Shown here piece by piece: positions 1-11,262 of a stretch of DNA of 64,000 nt; position 1 is the first letter of the stretch; every line of letters begins with the position of its first letter. Position numbers and translations under genes: made by a program. The notes under the pieces are model-generated. The model did no database searches and was not told where the DNA came from. It saw only the letters and a program-made list of their open reading frames with translations. Source of the stretch: Malacoraja senta. Taxonomy: Eukaryota. The stretch covers positions 7,876,001-7,940,000 of the forward strand of contig CM075992.1 of assembly GCA_038087875.1 (NCBI GenBank), given 5' to 3'.

Positions 1-520
1 GCTCCTAAAGAATTGTGCTTATCCGATGAAGCAAGCCACTGTTTGATGAAGGATGTAGCACCTCTACGGTCAATGGATCACTTGCCGCTCCCAGCTTTTG
101 ATGTCTCTTCATATTCTTCAGATTCCATTTTTAAAAGTCCATATGACACTTCTTCTGACCATGACAGATTGTGAGTGAGCAGGAAGTAGAGGGCTTGTTT
201 AAGGAGGATAAATTTGTATGAAAAACAATATCCAGTCCAACGAGGTTCATGAGAATTATTGCTTCAAAGCCAATAATATTGGTATCTGGGAGAATGCTGG
301 CATTTGTATGGTGATCTTTGCACTAGATGCATATTATCTTCCAGAGACACCATTGGAGGCATTTCCCCAGAAATGAGGTGATGCCACTGGTTCTCCTACG
401 GTTCACATCCATAGATTGTCACAGTGGTGACTGATTGATTAAATGGGACCTTGGTGGTCTTCTGTAGTTCACAATCAAGAAGTGCACAACGCAGAAGAGT
501 TTCTCAAAGGAGTGTTTCCA
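1..520 (-). mobile_element. Degraded RTE-clade LINE ORF2 C-terminal fragment
   Basis: Frameshifted minus-strand translation gives TIYGCEP, KDHHTNASIL, EAIILMN, PRWTGYC, LLKQALY and GQKK. These follow the RTE ORF2 pattern LLYGCETW...WEDRRTN...LRWTGH...LPKQ.LY...GQRKR in order. Confidence 0.7.
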
Positions 521-2019
521 GTTTTTATTTCATATTCACCTAACCATCCAATCCTTTCTCACAAGTTAACCTTTTTAACTTTGCCATAATATATCCAAGT
601 AATTGGTCTCAACCATTCTCAAGATAGCAAATTCCACATTTTAATCTCCCTCTGGGTGAAGAAACTATGTGGCTAAAGTCTAAGTGCTTTTCTACTCCAT
701 TTGATTTACAGCACAGAAACAACCATATTTATTAACCAGAGTTTAAAAGTCTCACAAAAGTGTAAAACTTACATAACACCTCTATGAGATTCTTCCTCGA
801 TTATAGAAGTACACAGCATGGAAACAGTACCTTCAGCCTCACTCATTCATGTCGCTGAGTTAGTCCCATTTGCCTGCATTTGGCCCACAACCCTCCTGTT
901 CATTTATTTTCTAAATGACTTTTAAACATTGTAATTGTCTTGCAGATTATTAAAGATTGTGGACTTTCGTTGTTTTCCTAAAATAAACCCACACATTTTT
1001 ACTAAAATTAATTTGCCATTTACAAGACTATCAATACCTGTTTATTACATCTCCGATATTTTGTCGCAGGCTTCCTCAGTCGCAACTATCTCCTATATTC
1101 AAAATCAGATTAGGGTCATATTCGTCCTTCTCCCAAAATTCAATCCACTGTCAATCCCACAGTAAAATTAATTAGCTATCCATTGAAGAAACCAAGAATC
1201 TCTTTAGTCAGTTCTACACATTCACATTTTTCATACTTTTTATATATTGTCTCTTGTTCATTTAAGACTACAATTAACCCTTTCAAAAATGTTACTGGTT
1301 TTCATGGACCTATGTTCAAAAGGCAAATGTTCAAATACATTCCCTATTCTTCATTGTCAGAAAAAAGCCTTCATAACAAATTACATTAAATAGAATCCTT
1401 TATTGTGTCAAAGTCTTATTAAGTGAATATTCATTAATCAGGGGACACTTATATGGTAAAAGTCTGTTATCAGAAACGTTGCTTTGTAAACTTTGTAAAC
1501 GTAAACTTTGTTATCAGAAATGATATATTGCCGATGATGTAAGAGCTAATCTTGAGCTCACTCAGTACTGCTCCCTTAGTGCTGCTTTTGCTCCTTCACC
1601 ATTGCCCTCCACTAGCCTGGCTGCTCCCTCAGTGTTACTCCACCATCGGCCAAGTCGCCCTGTCCAAAATGCTAGCTGCTTGAGTATGCAAAACACCAGC
1701 CAACAAAGCTTTTACTTCATTTACTAAGTTTGATAATTGTTTCAATCTGTCCATTTTGGATTTATGGGTCCAAGTACACAGCACTTAAAAACGATTGAAT
1801 TACAGAAATACTATTGGAATGATGGTCTGCCTCAAACAAATGAACACTAAAATCAAGCATCACTGAACGAGAATGCTTGACAAGAGTATTGAAAAAAAAC
1901 CAACTGTATTTTGAAAGGAACAGTGCTAATGTTAGGCCTGTTGCCGCACAGCTCTGGAGACTGAGTTTCATGTGTTTCCAGTTCCTTATCTTAACCAATC
2001 TCCACATGACTTTTGTTTT

Positions 2020-2175
2020 ACACTTCACTTTCCCACCCCCACCTTAGTTTTGAATACTATAACCCCTCCACTCTCTCCCTAGTTCTAAGGAAGGGTCCTT
2101 GACCCAACACATCAACTGATTTCTCTTTCTACAGATGCTGTTTTAATGACCAAGTTCTTCCAGTGTTTTGTTGCA
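2020..2175 (+). mobile_element. Old Penelope-like element 3' end (degenerate hammerhead motif)
   Basis: Pyrimidine tract, then ctaaggaagggtccttgacccaacacatc...acagatgctg...ttccagtgttttg, a decayed version of the PLE tail at 22440-22620. Confidence 0.55.
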
Positions 2176-2383
2176 ACTATTTCACTGGTGTCCTGCAAAC
2201 AAATAACACTGAAGAGGTTTGTATATTTTTGTCTTGCTCAGAAGTGTTTTAATATGTTTTCATGGATATTGATGCTATTTAAAGCTTTTGATGAATTATA
2301 CATTAGTCACTTCCAATATATCAAAATCAGGTGTTTGTAACCATTTTTAAACATTCAATATTATAATCACAATCTCACATTGG

Positions 2384-2794
2384 CTCCATGTCTACAAAGC
2401 CCTCAATGGGCTTGCCCCCACCTACATAAAAAGTCTTCTCACCCACCACTCCACCTCCAGGCCCCTCAGATCAGCCGACTTGGGGTTGCTGAATATCCCA
2501 CGGTCTAGGCATAAGCTCAGGGGCGACCGTGCCTTTGCGGTTGCAGCCCCTAGACTGTGGAACAGCATCCCCTTTCCCATCAGAACTGCCCCCTCCATTG
2601 ACTCTTTTAAGTCAAGACTAAAGACTTATCTATACTCCCAAGCTTTTCCTGACGTCCTCTGAGTGAGGGCTACATGTATATATGTATGTAGTTTGTTTTG
2701 TTTGTGCTATTCTTATAACAAATGTAAAGCACTTTGGCCAACGAGAGTTGTTTTTTAAATGTGCTATATAAATAAATGTGACTTGACTTGACTT
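2384..2794 (+). mobile_element. L2 LINE 3' fragment (5'-truncated)
   Basis: Translates as VYKALNGLAP...RPLRSADLGLLNIPR...GDRAFAVAAPRLWNSIP...SFKSRLKTYLY (stop 2662), the typical L2 ORF2 C-terminus. The 3' UTR has gtaaagcactttg...gctatataaataaa and a (gactt)n tail. Confidence 0.9.
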
Positions 2795-3782
2795 TTTATA
2801 TCTACAAAATCAATTCAAAATCATCACAATAAAATGTGGTAGAAAATATGCATGCACTGTGCTTTATAAAATTCATCATATCATCTTTTGATTGTGAGAT
2901 TTCTTATTATGAAACATTACAAAACATTTAATATGCTCTAGCTATGAATAAAAATGTTAACTGTAAGCAACTCTTTAATGATACCGACAGGCAATCAGGT
3001 TCAATATAACATTTCCAAGAAATAATGAATAAGTTGGTTTACCTATTCAAATCAGCTAACTCATTGTTTTATGCGTCAGGTACTTGAAACAGCTGAAAAT
3101 TACACCTTCAAACCCACACTTAATATTCTGCTATAGAAATAGCTGGTACACAACAAGCAGTGTTCTGGTTGGATTGCCTCTTGGGACATGAAGATTTTTC
3201 TTTAAATAGCATTGCTGGATATTAACAGCAAAACTAAGGACAGCTCATCGGATGAAGAAGTTGAATAGTTCATTAATCGGTCAAACTGATAGTGAGCAAT
3301 GACACATAAAAGAACTGTTATTACGTTGTAAAATCTTATATATTGTCTAGGTATTCAGTCATAAAATGGATCAGTAAAATCAATGAATAGTCCAGAGAGT
3401 TCATGTGCAGATTTTGGTAAATCAATTCACAATAAACTCTAGACTTACTACAACAAATGATTACAAAAAGATGACATTGTACACATTTTAAAAAGCAGAT
3501 TTCTAATACAGCTCCACATCAGCACTGAAAAAGACTTTCAACTGCCACCATTAGCGTATCTACACCCTTCCTTACCTTCTCCCAATTCCTTCACTCTATT
3601 TTCCTTAAGCATTTTCCTAAATACCCAACATGTCAAAATTAATCACTCCAGGACTACCCACATGCCAAACGCTATATCTTATTGTCCTGCTTCGGAGTGC
3701 ATCCTTCTCTCCAACCTCCACTAGATCAGAACCTAATCTGCCTCTGGATCACATCTTTCAGAATGCATTAAAAATAATCCAG

Positions 3783-3992
3783 TCGTCAGTCGATAGTCTA
3801 TCTCCTGTGATGGAGACGGTGAGATCAAGAAAGGGCAGGGAAGTGTCGGAAATGGTCCAAGTGAATTTGAGTGCAGGATGGAAATTGGTGGTGAAGTTAA
3901 TGAAGAAGAGTCTCTACCTGAAAAGTCACTCATTCCTTTTCTCCAGAAATGCTGTCAGACCCGCTGAGTCACTTCAGCTTTTTATCTCTATC
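3783..3992. mobile_element. Penelope-like insertion: inverted RT fragment plus sense 3' end, 14-bp TSD
   Basis: 3783-3900 minus reads INFTTNFHPALKFTWTISDTSLPFLDLTVSITGDRLSTD (PLE RT). 3901-3992 plus is the PLE tail. Flanked by taaaaataatccag at 3769-3782 and 3993-4006. Confidence 0.85.
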
Positions 3993-4624
3993 TAAAAATA
4001 ATCCAGAATCCATTTAAGAATTATGTTCCCACATGCCCCTTAATTGAGATGAAACTTTGTGATATGTAGAAATTAAAACCTCATCTGGACTTTTCTACTC
4101 AACTAGCCATCACAGTTGACACTTCCACCCCAGTGTCTCCTCTGCATTTTCTGATTTTCAATAAATTCCACCTCATATTTCTTTGACAAGGTCTCTTCCA
4201 TTCTTGAAATGACCTGTAAAATGTTATTATTAATTTCAAATAAAATCCATTCCCAATATTAATCTTAAACTGCATGAATAAAATCAACATTGACACTTGC
4301 ATCACCATCCCTCCCCTCAGAAAAGATGCCTAGTATGGCTCATGTTCCGTTATATCCCCAATTAATCTCACTGCAATAGCATGAAAGAGTCCCAACTTGG
4401 TCTAATCTTCTATCGCTGTGCTTCTTCTTAACAATCCACTTGAGCCAGTGGACCACTCTCCTTTGCACCTGTTTGTTGCCTTAATATTCCACCTTATTTA
4501 TTATTCCATAAAGTCTTCAAAGTCTTTCTCCAATTTCATGTAATGTATATTAAGTAACTTACCACCCAACTATTTTCTTGCTTTCAAATGGAACAATAAA
4601 ATAAAATCGCCATGGTTAATCGTC

Positions 4625-6724
4625 ATACCGACGAGTGGGCAGGCCATCCTAGACTGGGTATTATGTAATGAGGAAGGATTAGTTAGCGATTTTGTTGTGC
4701 AAGGCCCCTTGGGCAACAGTGACCATAATATGGTGGAATTCTACATTAGGATGGAGAGTGACACGGTTAATTCAGAGACTAGAGTCCTGAACTTAAAGAA
4801 AGGAGACTTTGAAGGTATGAGATGGGAATTGGCTAGGATAGACTGGCAAATTATACTTAAAGGGTTGACAGTGGAGATGCAATGGCAAAGATTTAAAGAC
4901 CACATGGATGAACTCCAAAAAATGTTCATCCCTGTCTGGCAAAAAAGTAAAACGGGGAAGGCGGCTCAACCATGGCTAACGAGGGAAATCAAGGATAGTG
5001 TTAAATCCAAGGAAGAGGCAGATAAATTAGCCACAGGAAGCAGCAAACCAGAGACTGGGAGAAATTTAAAACTCCACAGAGGAGGTTAAAGGGGTTAATT
5101 AAGAGGGGGGAAAAGAGCATGGAAGAAAGCTTGCAGGGAATATAAAAACTGACTCTAAAAGATTATATAGATATGTAAAAAGGAAAAGATTAGTGAAGAC
5201 AAATGTAGGTCCCATACAATCAGAGACAGGTGTATTTATAATGGAAAACAAAGAAATGGCAGAACAGTTAAATTAGTACTTTGTTTCTGTCTTCACTAAG
5301 GAAGGTACAAACAATCTCCCAGAAATACTAGGGGACTGAGGATCTAGTGGGAGGGAGGAACTGGAATCCACATTTTTCAGGAAATGGTATTAGGTAAACT
5401 GTTGGGACTGAAGGCAGATAAATCCACAGGGCCTGATGGTCTGCATTCAAGAGTACTCAAGGAGGTGGCGCTAGAAATCGTGGATGCGTTGGTGATCATT
5501 TTCCAAAGTTCTCTCGACTCTGGATCAGTTCCTGTGGACTGGTGGGTAGCCAATGTAACTCCACTTTTAAAAAAAGGAAGTAGAGAGAAAACGGGGAATT
5601 ATAGACCAGTTAGCCTTACATCGTAGTGGGGAAGATGCTTGAGTCGATTGTTAAAGATATTATAACAGCGCATTTGGAAAGCAGTGACTGGATCAGTCAA
5701 AGTCAGCATGGATGTATGAATCTTCTCGAATTTTTTTGAGGATTTAACAAGTAGAATGGATAAGGGAGAGCCAGTGGATGTGGTGCATCTGGACAAGGTC
5801 CCACACAAGAAATTAGTGTGCAAAATTAGAGCACATGGTATGGGGGTTCAGTACTGACATGGATAGAGAACTGGTTGGCAGACAGGAAGCAAAGAGTAGG
5901 AATTAACACGTCCTTTTCAGAATGGTAGGCAGTGACTAGTGAGGTGCTGCAAACCTCGGTGCTGGGTCCCCAGTTATTTACAATATATATTAATGATTTA
6001 GACGAGGGAATTAAATGTGATCTCCAAGTTTGCGGATGACACAAAGCTGGGTGGCAGCGTGAGCTGCGATGAGGATGCTATGAGGCTGCAGGATGACTTG
6101 GAGAGGTTGGGTGAGAGGGCAGATGCATGGCAGATGCAGTATAATGTGCATAAATGTGAGGTTATCCACTGGTGGCAAGAACAGGAAGGCAGATTATTAT
6201 CTGAATGGTGTCAGATAAGGAAAAAGGGAGGTGCAATGAGACCTGGGTGTGCTTGTACATCAGTCATTGAAAGTAAGCATGCAGGCAAGAATGGGTTGAC
6301 TGGGTTTGTATTCACTGGAATTTACAAGGATGAGAGGGATCTTATAGATAGAAACATATAAAATTCTTAAAGGATTGGACAGGCTAGATGCAGGAAAAAT
6401 GTTCCCAATGTTGGCAGAGTCCAGAACCAGGGATCACAGTTTAAGAATATGGGGTAGGCCATTTAGGACTGAGATGAGGAAAAACGTCTTCACCGAGAGT
6501 TGTGAATCTGTGGAATTCTCTGCCACAGAAGGCAGTGGAGGCCAATTCACTGGATGTTTTCAAGAGTTCGATTTAGCTCTTGGGGCTAAAAGAATCAAGG
6601 GATATGGGTAAAAAGCAGGAACGGGGTACTGATTTTAGATGATCAGCTATGATCATATTGAATGGTGGTGCTGGTTCAAAGGGCCGAATGGCCTACTCCG
6701 GCACCTAATTTTCTATGTTTCTAT
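4625..6724 (+). mobile_element. CR1 LINE, 5'-truncated, frameshifted ORF2 (end of APE, RT, 3' UTR)
   Basis: Motifs LGNSDHNMVEF, KSTGPDGLH, NYRPVSLTS, ISKFADDTKLGG and SRTRDHSLRI occur across broken frames. Ends with the CR1 tail gggccgaatggcctactcc...ttctatgtttctat. Confidence 0.95.
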
Positions 6725-7021
6725 ATTAATTACATTTCTAGCCTGTACTGAATTCTTAAAATTCACTAAATGTTGAAAAGTCTGTCTGGCTACCTATTTT
6801 TCTAGTTTCTATCAAACACATCATTTTTATGGCCCAGAAAGAATCTCCCTTTCTGACATATTCTCTCAATTTCCAACACACTTTTTCTTGCAACATCAGA
6901 GATCTCCGTCAGTTATTGCTGTAAAACTTGCATACACACTTTCAAATGTTAATCCCCCCCACAGATTCCATTTCTTCAAAATCACCGAAGAAATGTCATT
7001 GACCAGAAATATGAACTACTT

Positions 7022-7434
7022 GTTAAAGAAGGAACTGCAGATGCTGGAAAATCGAAGGTAAACAAACATGCTGGAGAAACTCAGCGGGTGCAGCAGCATC
7101 TATGGAGTGAAGGAAATAGGCAGGTGAGAGGTTAATTAAATATTTATAAAACACTGAGGTTACAACTTAAGCATTGCATCCAATTGTGATTATCACACTG
7201 TTGGAAGGACATGAAGACCCCCAATCAGATGCAAAAAAGATTCACCAGAATGCTTCAAGGGTCGATCAATTTCAGCTACATGCTTCGACTGGAGAAGCTG
7301 GTACTGTACTCTTTGAAACAAAGAATGTCTGAAATAGTCTGAAGAAGGGTTTCGGCCCAAAACGTTGCCTATTTCCTTCGCTCCATAGATGCTGCTGCAC
7401 CCGTTGAGTTTCTCCAGCATTTTTGTGTCCCTTC
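7022..7434. mobile_element. Penelope-like fold-back insertion with captured local DNA, 14-bp TSD
   Basis: Antisense PLE tail at 7022-7122, a copy of 8809-9016 at 7121-7328, and a sense PLE tail at 7337-7434. TSD aatatgaactactt at 7008-7021 and 7435-7448. Confidence 0.9.
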
Positions 7435-7984
7435 AATATGAACTACTTCCCTTGCCGCCTGAGCGTTTCCAGCATTCTAGGGCTATAATTTTACATTTCC
7501 AACATCTACAGCCTTTTGTTTTGCACCTCATTGTCGTATTTCCACTTCTCAACTCTCCACTTTTATTTTTTCCAACTAAAGGTATTTTTGTCCTCTTGAA
7601 GATACCACCTGAAACATAGACCCGTGCGGCAAAATTGTCAATAAATTAGTTTAACAGTAATTTCTTTATTGCAACTTAAATAAAAGTTCAGCTCCAATAT
7701 GATGCCAGCCAAGTGAAGCTGTATTACGGGACTACATGCACACTAATCAATCTCAGAAGCAATGGATCCATTTGAAGCTCTGCCATCCTACCACTTGTGT
7801 CCATCGACGGTGGACAACTATGCAGCTAATAGGAGGAGGAGACCAAGTAACGGCTCAAATACCATATACAAAATGCACTGTAGGTAATTCTAACAGCACC
7901 TCCCAAATTTCTATCAACAAGTAGGATAAGGTCAACACCATGGGAGCAACATCACCCAGTTTTCCCCTCTGATTCACACACCAT

Positions 7985-8440
7985 CCTGTCGCGGAGCGGC
8001 CGACGGAGCCTACGGCTGGAGTCCGGGTCGGCACCACGGAGGCGTGAAGTGGCACGGAGGTGTGAAGTGGGATGGAGGCGTGAAGTGGGGCGTTGGCAGC
8101 GGTGATGCCTTGACGGCAGCGGTTAAGCCTGGCAAAGATGGGGCCTCGGCAGCGGCGATGCCTTGCAGGTTGACCCGCGGTCGACGAGAGCATGGATGGG
8201 GGGGGGGGAAGAACCATGGAGGACCCGGCGTGGGGGGACTGCCATGCAGGAGGCGGGGGGAGAACAATGGACACCTGGCGTGGGGGAACTGCTGTGGGGG
8301 TGTGGGTGGGCGGAGGAGCCAGCGTGCTTTGTGACTTTGTCAGCGCCATAGAAGCCTGCTATTTGTACACATTGTGTATGCAAGGAAAGAATTTCACTGT
8401 GCCTAGTCACATGTGACAATAAGTATTCCTTCCCTATTCC
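7985..8440 (+). mobile_element. GC-rich non-coding retroposon with Rex1/Babar-type tail
   Basis: CpG-rich body with 3 copies of an 18-bp unit (ggaggcgtgaagtgg...), ending aatttcactgtgcctagtcacatgtgacaataagtattcc(ttccc/tattcc). It interrupts an older LINE 3' end. Confidence 0.6.
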
Positions 8441-8699
8441 AATAATATGCCATTGGTCCTTTGTCGTCACAGAATCCAAATTGTAGAAATTTGTATCCAA
8501 TAGCACTGTCGGAGTCGCTTTACCAGAAGGACTGCGGTATTGCAAGAAGGACAAAAGGCAGTGGAGGGGGGACGAGGGACAGGTAATAATGGCAGTGATG
8601 CCATCCGATCCCAAAAATGAAAATAGACATTTAAAGTAAATATTTATTTCACCAACAAAACAAATTTGAATTATGATTTTAAAGTAGAATCTCTTTCAA

Positions 8700-9140
8700 A
8701 CGTGGGTATATGTATGCATAACTCTCTAAAGGTGGCTAAACACATAGAGAGAGCCGTTACTAAGATACACAGAACCCCAAAGTTCATAAATAAAGGCACA
8801 GAATAACTCAGGAGAGAGGTAAATTAAATATTTATAAAACACTGAGGTTACAACTTAAGCATTGCATCCAATTGTGATCATCACACTGTTGGAAGGACAT
8901 GAAGACCCCCAATCAGATGCAAAAAAGATTCACCAGAATGCTTCAAGGGTCGAGCAATTTCAGCTACATGCTTCGACTGGAGAAGCTGGTACTGTACTCT
9001 TTGAAACAAAGAATGTTGAGAGGAGATCTGATGGATGTATACAAGATCATGATGAGACAGGACAAATAGGGAGAAGCTGCTCCCATTAGTGGGTGGTTAA
9101 AGGATCAGGAGCATAGATTCAAAGTGATGGATAAAAGATG
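8700..9140 (+). mobile_element. Old CR1 fragment (RT C-terminal region); donor of the captured 208-bp segment
   Basis: Decayed CR1 sequence (...agattcaccagaatgctt...ggagaagctgg...gaggagatctgatgg...). Confidence 0.7.
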
Positions 9141-9577
9141 TCAGAAGATAGGCAGAAATGCTGGAGGAACTCAGCGGGTGAGGCAGCATCTATGGAGGTC
9201 CATCACTTGTATAACACCGACACTTAGGTCAAATTTTATTTTTTTCATTTCTCAGGAAAAGATTGATCGATTGACATATGATTCAATGATCAACAACTCA
9301 TTCCACACCAATACAGATTGCTGAAGCGGCACAGAAGTTCAGACTAGTCTGCCTGTTTGGACGTGAAGCAACTAACAAGATTTACCAAGTGCATCAAAAA
9401 TCAGAATGTTGCAACCAGGCCACACAACATTTTAATCAATATGTTCTGTGACTTTTAACATTATTTGTTTGTCCTGCAGATATACTAAACTGACCAACTA
9501 CTAAACTCCTAATCAGCTAACCCTTCCAATGCCTGACTGGATGGTTGGAAGGTGGAAATGTATATCTTCTTTACTTC

Positions 9578-10417
9578 GCGTCAGTTTTTTCAACTTTTTT
9601 TTATTTTTTAGTATGTTTTAAAGTATGTATTTTGTGTTTCTTTGTGTGTCTTGCGTGGGGGGTGGTGTGGGGGGGTAAGGGGGAAACCGCTTCGGTCGCC
9701 TCCTCCATGGAGAGGCGACTTTTTCCAGGTCGCCACCCCCGTGGCCTAACATCAAGGATCGGCGCGGCCTTTCCCGGAGACGCGCCCGGGGCTTCAGCGG
9801 CGGGCGCAGCGTGGACTCTCGGCGTGGAGCGGGTGAGCCCTCGCTGGGGCTCACTGGAGGGGAGCGCTCCATTTCGCTGGCCCGGGACAGCCGGCAGCCT
9901 GAAGTCGCAGCCTGAAGTCGCGGTCTGCAGAGCTCCAGCTGGTGCGGCGTCTACAGCCCGGGATCCCTCGTGGGGGACCCGGTGGGGGAAGAAGAAGCCA
10001 TCACTGCCGGCCCGCGGCCAACTTCTACCGCGGGGCCGGCATGGACTTACCAACACCCCTGCAGGGGAGCTTCGACCGCCGGCCCTGCAGTCTACGGTGC
10101 TTCTGGCTGCGGCGGGGACTTTAAATCTCGACAGTCGGCCTGCGGCCTACAACAACTTAAAGCCGCGGTCTCCGGTGAGGAAGAGCCGATTCTGGACTGA
10201 CCCTGGACTCTGGTCCTGTTCACGGAGGGGAAATGGAGGAGGATTGGCCAAATTTTTGTGCCTTCCACCACAGTGTTGAATGCTGTGGTGGATGTTTGTG
10301 TTACATTTTTTTTATTGTGGTTGTGTGTTCTTATTATTGTATCGCTGCTGTCAACCCAAACTTCCACCAGCTTGGCTGTGTGGTCATTAAAAATACTATA
10401 CTATACTATACTATACT
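9578..10417 (+). mobile_element. GC-rich non-autonomous retroposon (~840 bp) with 3' stem-loops and (atact)n tail
   Basis: T-rich leader, GC-rich body, hairpin CCACCACAG...CTGTGGTGG (10264-10292), attaaa and an (atact)n tail. Same architecture as 26419-27197. Confidence 0.7.
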
Positions 10418-10814
10418 TAAAAATATGAAACATATAAGTAAAATCATAGCAAACAATGAAGCAATGCCACCTGAAAACCCCCAAGGAGGCATCACATTAG
10501 ATAATCAAGGAATGCTATGAGAAAGCCTCATACAACCTTTCTACTTTAAGTAGAGAATCTCAAAGGCAAGAAACCACGGAACAATAAAGAGATCATGAAC
10601 AGCCTTAAACAATAATGTCAACATCATAGACAAATGTAAATTGGAAGTGACCGATAACTTATTTTATAATTCTTTTCCTTATGAATGCACATTCTGATGG
10701 CCAGGGTTGAGAAACGGGATCTGAGACCCAATATGTTAGATTTCTAACCCGATTACATTGTCCATGATTTCCAGGTCTTCAAAATATTGCTTTGAAAGGA
10801 AACAAGTGACGACC

Positions 10815-10868
10815 ACACATTTCACTGTACCAATTGGTACATGTGACAAATAAATGTATCTTGTATCC
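10815..10868 (+). mobile_element. Rex1/Babar-type LINE 3' tail stub
   Basis: catttcactgtaccaattggtacatgtgacaaataaa followed by (tgtatc)n. Confidence 0.6.
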
Positions 10869-10881
10869 TATAGGGTGTAGG

Positions 10882-11020
10882 TTTAAGAAAGAACTGCAGA
10901 TGTTGGAAAAATCGAAGGTAGACAAAAATGCTGGAGAAACTCAGCAGGTGAGGCAGCATCTATGGAGCGAAGATAGATGCTGCCTCACCCGCTGAGTTTC
11001 TCCAGCATTTTTGCCTACCT
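10882..11020. mobile_element. Penelope-like fold-back mini-insertion, 13-bp TSD
   Basis: Inverted PLE tail arms of about 48 bp around a ggagcgaag loop. TSD tatagggtgtagg at 10869-10881 and 11021-11033. Confidence 0.9.
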
Positions 11021-11090
11021 TATAGGGTGTAGGAGTAGGAGATCATATGAATTACCGCTAATAAGTTACAATTATATTTAATGTGGATGT

Positions 11091-11262
11091 GTAGGAAGTA
11101 AATGCAGATGCTGGTTTATACCCAAGAATGACACAAAATGCTGGAGTAACTCAGCGGGTCAGGCAGCATCTCTGGTGAAAAATAGGTGACGTTTTGGGTT
11201 GGAACCCTTCTTCAGTCTAAAAAAGGGTTCCAACCTGAAACATCACCTATTCATTTTCTCCA
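11091..11262. mobile_element. Penelope-like fold-back insertion with two back-to-back hammerhead-like motifs
   Basis: Minus CTGAAGAAGGGTTCCAACCCAAAACGTC (11188-11215) abuts plus ctaaaaaagggttccaacctgaaacatc (11217-11244). TSD tta(a/g)tgtggatgt at 11078-11090 and 11263-11275. Confidence 0.85.

Noticed and set aside
1..174. Plus-strand open frame ending near a GTGAGT donor-like site
   Set aside because: It lies antisense to a recognisable RTE LINE relic.
1463..1521. Short interleaved repeats (tgttatcagaaa twice, gtaaac three times); similar microduplications at 27204-27235 and 29305-29356
   Set aside because: Consistent with ordinary slippage or repair scars.
9680..9760. Possible HDV-like ribozyme (cctcctcc...GCCAC/GTGGC-CTAA) in the GC-rich retroposon
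   Set aside because: I could not assign P1/P2 pairings, and the related copy at ~26990-27060 does not keep the pattern.
9545..10279. 244-aa ORF and overlapping ORFs in GC-rich blocks (also 7855-8614, 26627-27091, 47278-47856)
   Set aside because: Open in several frames on both strands because GC-rich DNA has few stops. No domain motifs, and the frames are not shared between related copies.
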